This document shows positions 46,294 through 56,579 of a stretch of DNA of 64,000 nucleotides, one piece after another. The stretch is taken from IMG/VR virus record IMGVR_UViG_3300021400_000012, positions 32,001 to 96,000 of that record, one strand, 5' to 3'. This DNA is from a virus (taxonomy: Duplodnaviria; Caudoviricetes). A program made the position numbers and the translations under genes. Position 1 is the first letter of the stretch. Each line of letters opens with the position of its first letter. The notes below the pieces were generated by a model. That model worked only from the letters and a program-made list of their open reading frames with translations. It was not told the DNA's origin and did no database searches.

Positions 46294-46512
46294 ATGAGCA
46301 ATAAAACTTATGATACCTTAAAATTAATTTCAATGATTGCAGGCTATGTTGCAACATTTGTTCTCACACTAGCTGATATTTGGGGCTTTACATATGGTAC
46401 AGCGATCGCGGCAACCATTTCGGCATTTGGTATCTTATTAGGTTCAATTCTTACCAAGGCATCTAATGACTATTGGCATAAGAATGACATAAACATAGAT
46501 AATCACGAATAA
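46294..46512 (+). CDS. holin (Dp-1-like), no TAG
   Basis: MSNKTYD.LK start, two TM segments with IWG, at the end of the tail operon. Confidence 0.75.
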   Translation: MSNKTYDTLKLISMIAGYVATFVLTLADIWGFTYGTAIAATISAFGILLGSILTKASNDYWHKNDINIDNHE

Positions 46513-46515
46513 ATT

Positions 46516-46547
46516 AAAAGAGGAGGTTTAAGACCTCCTCTTTTTTT
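46516..46547. terminator. bidirectional intrinsic terminator
   Basis: AAAAGAGGAGGT-loop-ACCTCCTCTTTT. Confidence 0.85.
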
Positions 46548-47817
46548 ATTTAAAATACATAAAATCTCCAATCCAGCCTCGCTCTACTCCCCTCTCAGAT
46601 GGAGTGTTTAAAAGTTCTCCTTGGAAAACCATCGTCGAGGAGCCACCGCCATCTAGTGGATATCCAAGCGTACAACCCAACTTTTTTAAGGTATTGGCGC
46701 AGTCATATCCAGTTAGGCCAGGTCCACCTCCATTAATTCCATCTCCTTCTGCTACACAAATCCAAATATCACCCGGCTTTTCATTTGTACCTATGAATGT
46801 TCTTGGACGGCGCGAGCCACCTTGAGAGATGGTAATGGTTCCATTTTTTAAATAGGCATAACCAAAGCCTAGAGTGTCGGTTGCAATTCCCCTATCTCTA
46901 ATAACTTTTAACTTCATATTTTTATATGGGCCACCAAATCCAGGAAATAAAAGCCCTGTATCTTGACTATATAAAGCTGGAGTACAATATTTTTCAGCTG
47001 AAAAATCTGGGATTATTCTATCGTGCATTTCTCCACTGCCATTGATTTTTGCTGCGCTTCCATTGACACAGAATATAGCTTTTGTTGCGCCGGCCGCCTA
47101 CGAAGTTGTGGCAGTAGGATGGTAGTAAGTTTTAAGGCGACTATAATCTTTAAAAGTTAAATGCGCGCAATATACATTTACATTTTCGATTTTTTCACGC
47201 GTAATTATAATTGAACCAGTTGGGCTTTGGTAGGTTTTTTGCCAAGTTAAAAGTTTATCTGCAATTCGTTTTTCTTTTACACCATGGTCAATATAATGAA
47301 TATAATATTGGGTGTTATCGGCGCCAAAGGCTTTTTGTAAATCAACATAATTTGATTTATAATATTCCATATTAAAATTTTGACTTGCTTGGCGACCCTC
47401 TTTCATACCATAAGTAATGAAATGGTTGAACAAGTCAGTTGCATTATCTTTAAAAGCAGCTTTTAAGTCTGGATAATGGTTTGAGTAGTAGTCAGCATCA
47501 AACACCAATTTATAGTCTCGGCCGCCGTAAATGGTATTTACGACGGACTTTTTATATGCTTCACGACCTTCTTTATGACCATATTCTATATAGTGAAGGT
47601 AATAGGCTTTTAAATTATTTCCAAATGCTTTTTGAAGGTCTGGATATTTGCTTTTATAATACTGGACATTAAATGTTGAAATTGCCTGGCGCCCTTCGTT
47701 CATACCATAGACGGTGAAGTGGGCTAATAAAGCAGCTTCATTTGTACCAAATGCGGCTTTGAGGTCAGGATATTTGGATGAATAATATTGAGCATTAAAT
47801 ACAAGTGAATAGTCCAT
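46546..47817 (-). CDS. YPDL-repeat (putative cell-wall-binding) + phosphodiester glycosidase (NAGPA-like) protein (423 aa, 1 TAG)
   Basis: Four F...YY...YPDL..AFG...H...YG..EGR repeats. C-terminal RPRTFIG and LDGGGSS. Fused across TAG 47098. Confidence 0.72.
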
Positions 47818-47877
47818 TTTTGAAGTTTCCTTTATATTGTTTTAAATGTTGTTGCCATACGTCTTCCTTTAAATTAA

Positions 47878-48456
47878 TTAGCTATTAGGTCCTACATCAG
47901 GAGTGGTGCTAGGAACCCCATCAATATCTGATGAGTAAAACTCTATCGTATCTCCATCCCCAAGAAACTGGACAAAATAGTGTCCTTCAACAGAGGGGCG
48001 CCTAAAACTGCTGAGAAGATAAATAATGGTTGTTCGATATTCAGTATCAGGATTCGAAACTTCCATGACAGCCTGTACCATGCCATTATTTGCGACAAAA
48101 TCACTGATCTCTCTATATGTCTTGTCAAGATATAGAATATCGTCCGAACTAGGATCTACAGTGATTCTGCAAGTCATCACGCCGCTGCCAGAAGGACTTA
48201 GTGTATCATCATCGCTAGTGTCATAAAGAGTATCCGCAATTTTTGCTAATGATTCTTCTACTGAAGGAAAGCTTACAGTTTTTCCACCTTCAGCGTGTAG
48301 CTGTTCATCAGCACCAACGTTATAAGTTACGTTAGTTGAAATGCAATAAATTCTATCGCCAAAACGAAGATTTTCTTGTGCAACAATTTCTTCTAATCCA
48401 TCGGTATCGGCATAATATAAATCGCCGACCTGTCCATGTTGTATTAATTTATACAT
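47878..48456 (-). CDS. hypothetical protein (192 aa)
   Basis: AAGGAG RBS. C-terminal domain resembles the three upstream paralogs. Confidence 0.7.
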   Translation of the reverse strand: MYKLIQHGQVGDLYYADTDGLEEIVAQENLRFGDRIYCISTNVTYNVGADEQLHAEGGKTVSFPSVEESLAKIADTLYDTSDDDTLSPSGSGVMTCRITVDPSSDDILYLDKTYREISDFVANNGMVQAVMEVSNPDTEYRTTIIYLLSSFRRPSVEGHYFVQFLGDGDTIEFYSSDIDGVPSTTPDVGPNS

Positions 48457-48473
48457 TTTTATTCTCCTTGAAA

Positions 48474-48857
48474 TTATTCGGGTGTTTGGTTAGGGTGAAC
48501 TGAATTATCTGGCTAAATTATTAGCTAACTACTATAAATATTAACATAAATGAATTTTGTTTCTTCATCATACTGCACAGATGAGTAAATTCCCTTATAT
48601 GCAGGTACATAATGATCTCCAGTGCCAACTTCTGGCCAATTAATAAATACAAAAACTAACTCTCCATGTTGTAACGAGTTTTTGATATCTAAATAATTTA
48701 TATCTGTAAAACTGGGAGCATCTGTAGACTCATCATAAGAATAAGTAGTTTCAAATGTTTTAACCACTTCCATATTCGAAATTCCCTATTCTATATTATT
48801 TAGTCTGTTGGTAGTAATAATATCACCATCTATCCAATTTGTTTTTATGTACGACAT
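48474..48857 (-). CDS. virion-type small protein, paralog 3 (127 aa, 3 TAG)
   Basis: MSYIKTNWIDGDIITTNRLNNIE-Q-GI. Confidence 0.7.
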
Positions 48858-49204
48858 TAAAGAGTTCCCCCTTCTTCCTCTCTTTCTAAATTGCCATTTG
48901 TATTTAGAAATAACTTCATACTGCCTGTAAAAAAAATAGAACCAGTATTCGGATGTAAGTAGTTAAATGTAACAAGAGAAGACATATTTTGAAAATTAAC
49001 TTTTAACAACACTACTTTTTCATTATTAATGGCACTTAAACACTCTTGATAATCTATACTTGTAAAAGTAGGAGATGATGGATTAGACATCGTAGTTTCA
49101 AAAATCACTACATTCGAAGAAGATGCAATCCCGTCCTCTATATGATTGAGCTTGGCGGCGGTTATAGTATCCCCATTTGTCCAAGTTTGTTTTGTATATG
49201 ACAT
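48857..49204 (-). CDS. virion-type small protein, paralog 2 (115 aa)
   Basis: MSYTKQTWTNGDTITAAKLNHIEDGI. Confidence 0.75.
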   Translation of the reverse strand: MSYTKQTWTNGDTITAAKLNHIEDGIASSSNVVIFETTMSNPSSPTFTSIDYQECLSAINNEKVVLLKVNFQNMSSLVTFNYLHPNTGSIFFTGSMKLFLNTNGNLEREEEGGTL

Positions 49205-49216
49205 TATAAACTCCTT

Positions 49217-49537
49217 TTAATCTAAAGGCACTTCAATACTTCCATCTGGATATAACACAAATTCACCAAAATAATACCTTACCTCTTTTGACGAATCATT
49301 AAACTCTGTATTCGAACAATATAAGAGAGTTGTTCCATCCTAATAAACAAATAATACCGGCACCTAATTATTATTTATAGCAGCGATAAAATCATTATAA
49401 TTTATACTTGACATTGAATTAGTCTAAGCATCATAAGTCGTATGAAATACAGCAATCCCGCTTCCTTGCGCGACTTCATTTTCAATTCTATTCAAATCCT
49501 CAGCGGTGACAAGGTCTCCTTTTTTCCATTTCACCAT
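49217..49537 (-). CDS. virion-type small protein, paralog 1 (106 aa, 3 TAG, absent from the track)
   Basis: AAGGAG RBS, MVKWKKGDLVTAEDLNRIENEV. Confidence 0.7.
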
Positions 49538-49583
49538 TGGTCTATCTCCTTAAGAAATATTATTCTATAAAGAAGTAAAAAAT

Positions 49584-50630
49584 TTAAAAATAAGTTCTAC
49601 GCTTTTGCTTATTACTAATCCAAAATAAATTATTTCTTGCTCTCGTAGCCGCGACATAACTAATATTAATCTCATCATCTGAATGATAATTATTAAACAT
49701 AGTCCCATAAACCATTACATTATTCCATTCTAAGCCTTTCGCGCTATGTACGGTCAAAATTTTTACAGTATCACGATTCATTCGTTCATCCATATCATCT
49801 TTAGTCATACGAGCTTGTTTAAAAGTTTCATAAGAGATACCAGTTTCAGATAATGTCGCAGAAAATCTATCAACATCTTTATTCCATCTACACAGAATTG
49901 CCCATTGATTATATGGCGGCCGAGCCTCAATTCGTGAGATTATGTCATAATCATCAAGTCTAATTTGTTCATCTATTCCCATTACTTGTCGCATTGGAAT
50001 AGAATTATCAATTTCACCCGAACGCTAAATAATTCGACGAGCATCTTCTAAAATTCTAATGCTATTACGATAATTTTCTAGCAAATCAAAAGAATGCACG
50101 TCTGGCCGCGCTGCAAGCGCTTTTAATAATTTTGGCTTTGCACCATTCCATTGGTAAATTGATTGTTTAACATCGCCACAAACAAAAAAACAATCAGGAT
50201 TTATCATATCAAAAATAAACTCAAATTGATGTTCATCTGAGTCTTGAGCTTCATCTAATAAAACCCATTCATAATGTTTAACACAATGTGGATTTTTCTT
50301 TACTAATTCAAATAATTTATCAAATTGTTCTTTATTAAGAATTGAACTGGTTGAAATCCCAGCGATATTTAAAAGTTGATTGGCAAGTGAATGTATTGTT
50401 CCAACGTATAAACCAGGCTTATAGTCATTTCCAAGACGTCCACGTAATTCTGATGCAGCTAAATTTGTAAAAGTAATAACTGCAATTTGTCGCGGATCAA
50501 CGTTGTTGCGCAAAAGCGATCTAACTTTTTCTGTCATTAAAGTTGTTTTACCACTCGCCGCACTTGCCATAACTACAATTCGATTGTAAGGTGCATTTAT
50601 AATATCTTGTTGTGCTAATGAAAGTTGCAT
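49584..50630 (-). CDS. compact UvrD/Rep-family helicase (348 aa, 1 TAG)
   Basis: ASAASGKT, ITFTN, LDEAQD, GDVKQSIY and ENYR, then TAG, then LTVHSAKGLEW and YVAATRAR. Confidence 0.88.
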
Positions 50631-51580
50631 TAACCTTCCCTCTGATTATATCCATATGTTTTTGTATCATAGAATGTAATCCAATATTTTTCTCTTTCTG
50701 TTAATTCTTCTTTTGGCACTTCTTCAATTACTTCCCAAGTAAAAGCATCAACTCCATATTTCTTTAAAGCGCGCTAAAACTGAGATTCAGCTACTCCACC
50801 CAATCCCATTGCAGCTTTAATATGGTTTTGCCAACGATCAGCAATCTTTACGCTTTTACCAATGTAACTCTCATGTGTTTGAATATTTGTTACTTTATAA
50901 ATACCAGAAGGGTTTCGATTTACTAAAACTCTCTGTATCATTTCTTTGGTTGGCCGCGAAATATAATTGTCATAAATAAATTTATTAAAAATTTCAACAC
51001 TCGACAATCGTGGCCGAATTTCATTTAAAATTGCAATATCTTCTTTTACGGCATTGGTAAGCTGAACACAATAAAATTCATTCTTTTCTTCGATCGCGCG
51101 CCGTCTAAGAATTTCTTTATTTACAGCATCAAACTTAGATTGATATTCAGCTAATTTGGTAACTGTATATTTTAACTATTCTTCTTTTACAACGCGCTCG
51201 CGGTCAAGCGATTTAACTGTTTCATAGTAATTTTGAGTTGCCGCAGTCTGTGCTGATTTTGCCCATTCTGCAACTTCATTGTTCATTTCGTGAATTTTAT
51301 GATCTTTTTCTTCAGCGATTATTCGTTCCAATTCTTGTTCACGAAATTGTTTTAAAGATTCATTAAAATCAGACTTAATATTAATTTCATGCTCAAGGTC
51401 TTTAAGCTCATTTATTTTCGCATTTACAGATGTAGTAATATCTGCATATTTATCATTTAACTGCTATACATACTACTACTCATATTTGTGAAAATGATTC
51501 TTTTTTTCCTTGTTGTAATGAATAATATAAATGATTAGCGTAATAGCTAATATTGCACAAACAATGTATATATACCACAT
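50630..51580 (-). CDS. membrane-anchored coiled-coil protein with C-terminal GIY-YIG nuclease (316 aa, 5 TAG)
   Basis: N-terminal TM helix, TAG-TAG at codons 35-36, SGIYKVTN...SYIGKS...RW..H and REKYWI...GYN. Confidence 0.75.
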
Positions 51581-51611
51581 TAAACTATTCTCCATTATTT
51601 TCTTTAATTAT

Positions 51612-51679
51612 ATTATATCAAAATTTCCCGTGATTTTCAAGTTTGCAAATTTGATTTTTCTAAAAAACTATAGTATAAT
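51612..51679. promoter_or_regulatory. divergent sigmaA-type promoter pair
   Basis: Minus: TTGAAA-17-TATAAT (51612-51640). Plus: TTGATT-17-TATAAT (51651-51679). Confidence 0.75.
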
Positions 51680-51706
51680 TATAGTATAAATAAGGAGAAT
51701 ATTATC

Positions 51707-52825
51707 ATGAAGAATTATATTGATAGTGTTAATTTTCACGAGCTTGAACCGCAGCGTTATTGGACGCCGCCTGCGTCGTGGGACGATAATCGGAAGAAAA
51801 CTGAAGTGCAGAACGCAATCTTCTCTGGCGATTATATCGGCGCCCGTAAAATGGATGGCGCCTTCTACAAGTTTGTGAAAGATGAAGATGGTAATATGGA
51901 ATTGCTCGGCCGCAGTAAAAGCGTGAGCGGTGATTATCTCAATAAACTTGATTGGGTTCCACAACTGCATTCTTTCTTCGATAATCTCCCAAATGGGACT
52001 TGTTTAATTGGAGAAATTTATTTTCCGAATAACGAAGGTTCAAATCATGTGACCACCATTATGGGTTGTTTGAAAGAAAGAGCAGTCGCGCGCCAAGAAA
52101 GTGGAGAAAGACTTCACTATTATATTTTTGATGTACTTGCTTTCGCGCAGAACTCCTGGTATAAGTCTAATATAGAAGATAGAGTTGCACTTCTTAATGA
52201 GATCAGTAATGGTTGGAGTTCCGAATTTGTCGAGTTCGCCAAGTATTATGAAGGTGCCGAGCTTTGGGAGCAGCTTCAGTCTATTCTTGCAGCCGGCGGC
52301 GAAGGCATCGTCATCACGAAGAAAGGAACTTGTTACCAGCCAGGTAAGCGTCCGGCGCGGCAGACTTTTAAAGTTAAAAAAGAACTTCAAGAAACTCTTG
52401 ATGTTGTAATTCTTGGCGCGAATCCGCCAACTCGTCTTTACACTGGTAAAGAAATTATGAGCTGGCGGTTGTGGGAAGACCTTCGAACTGGAGAAAAGTT
52501 AGAAGGCGCGCTCTATAAGCGATATAGTGATGGGGATCCAATTGAACCGGTCACAAAGACCTACTGGAATGGATGGGCCGGATCTTTCATTATTGGATTA
52601 TATGACTTAAATAATAAAAAATATATTCCTATTGGTTCATTGAGCGGTTTAACCGAAGAAATGTTACAAAATTGGAAATCTTATGAAGGAAAAGTAGCTG
52701 AAATCTCAGGTATGCAATTAATGCGAGATAATAATGGTAAATTTACAGGCATTCGACATCCACGGTTAGTTAATCTTCGTTTAGATAAAAATCCCAATGA
52801 GTGTTTAATGGAACAAGTTCAATGA
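51707..52825 (+). CDS. ATP-dependent DNA ligase
   Basis: Motif I RKMDG, LIGEI, YIFDV, GEGIV, KVK and RHPR. Confidence 0.88.
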   Translation: MKNYIDSVNFHELEPQRYWTPPASWDDNRKKTEVQNAIFSGDYIGARKMDGAFYKFVKDEDGNMELLGRSKSVSGDYLNKLDWVPQLHSFFDNLPNGTCLIGEIYFPNNEGSNHVTTIMGCLKERAVARQESGERLHYYIFDVLAFAQNSWYKSNIEDRVALLNEISNGWSSEFVEFAKYYEGAELWEQLQSILAAGGEGIVITKKGTCYQPGKRPARQTFKVKKELQETLDVVILGANPPTRLYTGKEIMSWRLWEDLRTGEKLEGALYKRYSDGDPIEPVTKTYWNGWAGSFIIGLYDLNNKKYIPIGSLSGLTEEMLQNWKSYEGKVAEISGMQLMRDNNGKFTGIRHPRLVNLRLDKNPNECLMEQVQ

Positions 52826-52949
52826 TAGTATATATTTATAATTTTCCTAAAGCTTTAAATATAAATCATAGTCTTCCTTCATATGCGCTTAATCATTCAC
52901 ATTATGGCGGAGGATATTATTTTTATTTTTATAATGAAGAGAAATGTTA

Positions 52950-53342
52950 ATGATGAGTTCATTTGAAAAAATTGTACGCTCGATTCTTGTTGAATCGGGC
53001 GTACAGTTTGAATAGGAAAAACAATTTAAAGATCTCTATAACGGTTTATATCGCTTTGATTTTTATCTTCCAGTTTAGAATTGTGTACTTGAAATTCAGG
53101 GGATGCAGCACTACATATTTACTAAACAATTTTATGCAAATCGGTCAGATTTTTTAAAAGCTCAAGAACGTGACCGCCGCAAATTAGCTTATTGTCTAGC
53201 CAATAACATTAAAGCTTATTGTATACCATATTGGGAAATGGGGAATATAAATACAATTGATGATATTTTTTAGGATAAATTTCTTGCACGGTCAAAATTC
53301 CATAATGATGAAGTCTGGAGACTACAAAAGTCTAAACAGTAA
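52950..53342 (+). CDS. DUF559/Vsr-like PD-(D/E)xK endonuclease (130 aa, 3 TAG, absent from the track)
   Basis: FE-Q-EKQF...YRFDFYLP...LEIQGMQHY...D..K..YC..NNI....IPYW. Confidence 0.75.
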
Positions 53343-53390
53343 GGTTTATTTTTCTACTTAATAGTGAGAAAAATGTAGGAGGCCATTCAA

Positions 53391-53732
53391 ATGGACTGGA
53401 CCGCAATCATCGTCGCAGCGATTCCTGTCATACCGTTGCTCCTCACTACGATTTTAACCGCAAGAGGTACGAATAAGAAGGTGCAAAAAGTCTCAGATGC
53501 ACAAAAGTTGATAACCGATGCGCAACTGGATTTAATGCGCAATGAAATTGTAAAGATTTATTATAAACGTCAAGATGTCAAATAGTTATATCAATATGAA
53601 CGAGAATCTCTTGATAAGCTTTATGAAGGTTATCATTCTGGTGGAGGCAATACTTTTATTGATGATATTTACGCAGAAATGCGTCATTGGAAAGTTGTAC
53701 CGGCCGGACAAAAAATTGAAGATGATGAGTGA
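53391..53732 (+). CDS. single-TM holin-like / lysis-associated membrane protein (113 aa, 1 TAG)
   Basis: AGGAGG RBS, N-terminal TM, and Y..Y...GGN motif beyond the TAG. Confidence 0.6.
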
Positions 53733-53733
53733 T

Positions 53734-53768
53734 AAAAAGAGACCTCGCATTAAGCGAGGTCTTTTTTT
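53734..53768. terminator. bidirectional intrinsic terminator
   Basis: AGACCTCGC-ATTAA-GCGAGGTCT flanked by A and T runs. Confidence 0.8.
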
Positions 53769-54286
53769 AAAAAATCAACTACATTATTTTCTAAATCTTT
53801 TAAGCTGCCGTTGTTATCAATTATAATATCATAATCATAATTATAAACTTCATTATCAGCATGATTTGATGTTTTTGCTTCTTCATCAACATCTTTACGA
53901 TCAATTAAAATCGATTTCGCGCCAAGTCCATCACAAAGCTTTTTTATTTCGGCGGGTTCTCTACAATCAATAAATACAACCCCACAAGATGGATCGACAT
54001 CATACTAATCAAGGTGAAAATAAAACAAGTCTAAATCATTGCAAATTTTATTATAGGGAACGTCGCCCCATTCGGTTAAGAGATCTTTTAGATCGGATAA
54101 AAATTTACGATTTTTTGGCGTTTTAGTACCATCCCAGCCGCACTCTTTTGCAATATCTTTTACAAAATCAATAGTAGAGCAAATTAATGTAGGTCGATAT
54201 ACCTAATGTAATTTTGCTGCGGCGATTTCTTCAAAAGTAGTTTTTCCACATCCAGGAGAACCATTTACAATAAAAATATTTTTCAT
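53750..54286 (-). CDS. deoxynucleoside-monophosphate kinase-like P-loop protein (178 aa, 2 TAG, absent from the track)
   Basis: IVNGSPGCGKTT, GWDGTK, FIDCREP, SNHAD and IIDNNGS. Confidence 0.75.
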
Positions 54287-55239
54287 TACTTTTTACGAAT
54301 TACCCATTCAAGCCATTTGTTAAAACTAAGTTCAGGAAAAATGGCTTCATTTGAAAAGAAAATAATACCTTTACAACTACGTTCTACCTCTTGCCAAAAA
54401 TCTAACTAATCCATAGCCTCATGTAACCAATGTGTATCTAGCTTTTGAAGATAGTATTGAGCTTTTTCTGTAGGTAAATCATAATGCATTGCAATCATAC
54501 TTTCGTTATATAAATAAACCAAAGTACGCGCCGCGATAGAGGGGTTCATATGTAATGTTTGTTTATAAATATCGCGTAGACCATCGACTTGAGATAGGAT
54601 ATATTGTTCCCAGCCTTTTTTGAAAAAGCCTTTTAATCCATCTTTGCGCGTTAATGAATTTGGATTATCCATCATTAAAACCGTGACTTCATGTAGTTGC
54701 CCGCGTCGTTGAGTCGAATTCCATGCTACGACGTTGAAATATGAATCTTCATTCAGTCGTAAATTAGGATGAAAACGAATATTGTTGTCTTTCAGGTAAC
54801 TCGCGCGATAAATTTTTCCAGCACACCATGTAATTGCAGTAGTATTGACATCCTATAAAAGATTAGTATCTTCTTGATGTCTTACAAAACTTGAACTAAT
54901 AATATCAAGTTTTTCTTTTTCAATGCCGCGTGCTAGTGATTCAACGGCCTGCGGAAGAACTAAATCATCAGAATCACAAAGCATAAAATATTCTGACGTA
55001 TTATCTGCATCCATGCCAGCCTGGCGCGCGAGCCCCGGCCCAACATTTTCAGGTAACGTAATTAAATTAATAGTTAAGCTACGTTCACGAAATTCTTCAA
55101 TAATATCGGTATAATCTTCTCCATCGCAGTCATTAACAAGCGTTACAAAAAAGTCTTTGGTTGTCTAAATTAGTAATGATGTTAAAACTGCTGGGAGTGT
55201 TTTCTTTGAATGATATACTGGAATAATAATATCAACCAT
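54286..55239 (-). CDS. family 2 glycosyltransferase (317 aa, 3 TAG)
   Basis: IIIPVY, SLLI-Q-T, VND, NVGPGLARQAG, CDSDD, GKIYR and NED. Confidence 0.85.
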
Positions 55240-55687
55240 TAAACTCCTTTGCCTCCACAGCCCTGCGATCGACATAATTATTCCAATAGTCATCGTCATG
55301 GCCTTTTACTTTATAAAAATTAAAAATATCTGATTCAAAATATGGAATTAAACAAATCCATAATTCTTTATTAGCGACTGGTTGTTTTTTAGAATTTAAC
55401 CAATCATTTTTTATCCAGTTTTTCCACCAGCCTTGAGAGTAGCAATTCATACAATATGCAGAGTCGCTATAAACATCAAAATGTTGGTACATAGGATACA
55501 TCTTCGATGCAGCGTCACAAGCATCGATTAATGCTCGAAGTTCACATTGGTTATTTGTAACTTCCCTATCAGATCCCCACCCTTGAAGTACAATCTGATT
55601 ATTATTGTCCACAATAACCCAGGCCCAGCCGCCTTTCGCGCCTTTGTAGCCATTATTTGAAGTTGCACCATCAGTATAAATTTTCAT
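55232..55687 (-). CDS. rnhA: ribonuclease HI
   Basis: IYTDG, TNNQCEL, YSDSAY, PVANKELW, KVKGH and N..VD. Confidence 0.9.
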   Translation of the reverse strand: MKIYTDGATSNNGYKGAKGGWAWVIVDNNNQIVLQGWGSDREVTNNQCELRALIDACDAASKMYPMYQHFDVYSDSAYCMNCYSQGWWKNWIKNDWLNSKKQPVANKELWICLIPYFESDIFNFYKVKGHDDDYWNNYVDRRAVEAKEFNG

Positions 55688-55688
55688 A

Positions 55689-56078
55689 TTATTTGTTCTT
55701 TCTTGGATAATAATTTTGTGCAATGTGATAAAATGGATCAACCACTTTTTCTAAATTGGCATCTTCAATATCGCTAATGAAACGATCAAGCTTCATACCG
55801 CCATTATGTTTAACACGTTTTATGCTGCGGTTATGAAATCGAAGCCGTGTTTTCCAATAGGAAATTAAAGGCATATCTAAATAAGCTTCACGTTTTAAAA
55901 CTTGACAAGCTAAATTAATGATATTTAACATCGCCCAATGTTTTTCATCTTCATAATGCACATCAGAAAAACGAATGATACCATCGTTTTTAGAAATAGT
56001 ATTTAGATTTAAAAATGCTACATTAACTAATTTATCAAGGAACTCAAAATATTCTTTATCAAACTTTTTCTCTTCCAT
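55689..56078 (-). CDS. hypothetical protein
   Basis: AAGGAG RBS, own promoter. Confidence 0.7.
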   Translation of the reverse strand: MEEKKFDKEYFEFLDKLVNVAFLNLNTISKNDGIIRFSDVHYEDEKHWAMLNIINLACQVLKREAYLDMPLISYWKTRLRFHNRSIKRVKHNGGMKLDRFISDIEDANLEKVVDPFYHIAQNYYPRKNK

Positions 56079-56102
56079 AATAATACTCCTTTTATTACTT
56101 AT

Positions 56103-56264
56103 ATTATACTAAATAATTCACAATTTTTCAAATTTTCTAATGCTTTTTAAAACTTGAAAATTTTCATATTTTATGTTATTTTCGCGTGCGTCTGCGCGTA
56201 TTTAATAAGGAAGGAATCTTTTTGAAACCCAAAATTTGAATTTTGACTAAAATTTTTATATAAT
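56103..56264. promoter_or_regulatory. divergent sigmaA-type promoters
   Basis: Minus: TTGAAA-17-TATAAT (56103-56131). Plus: TTGAAT-17-TATAAT (56236-56264). Confidence 0.7.
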
Positions 56265-56291
56265 ATAATCAGAAATATTAAAGGAGTAGTT

Positions 56292-56579
56292 ATGAAAGTT
56301 ATCACTCAAAAAGAAATTAAAGAAATCAATCAGCTTTATGTAAAATTTAAAACATATGCTGCTGTAGCTCGTGCTACTGGATTTAGTCCTGCTACAGTAA
56401 AAAAATATGTTATCAAAGATTGGGCTGATTTAGATGAATCTACTTTTATCAGATTTGACCGTCCGTTACCAGATTTTGATAGTACTCTTTTTCGCTGTGA
56501 TGACTGGGGTCCATTATGTACATTAACTTCAGATGAAGAACGAGAGATTCGTGAGCTGTGGAAGGAATTAGAAGTATGA
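56292..56579 (+). CDS. HTH domain protein
   Basis: TYAAVARATGFSPATVKKYV. Confidence 0.75.
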   Translation: MKVITQKEIKEINQLYVKFKTYAAVARATGFSPATVKKYVIKDWADLDESTFIRFDRPLPDFDSTLFRCDDWGPLCTLTSDEEREIRELWKELEV

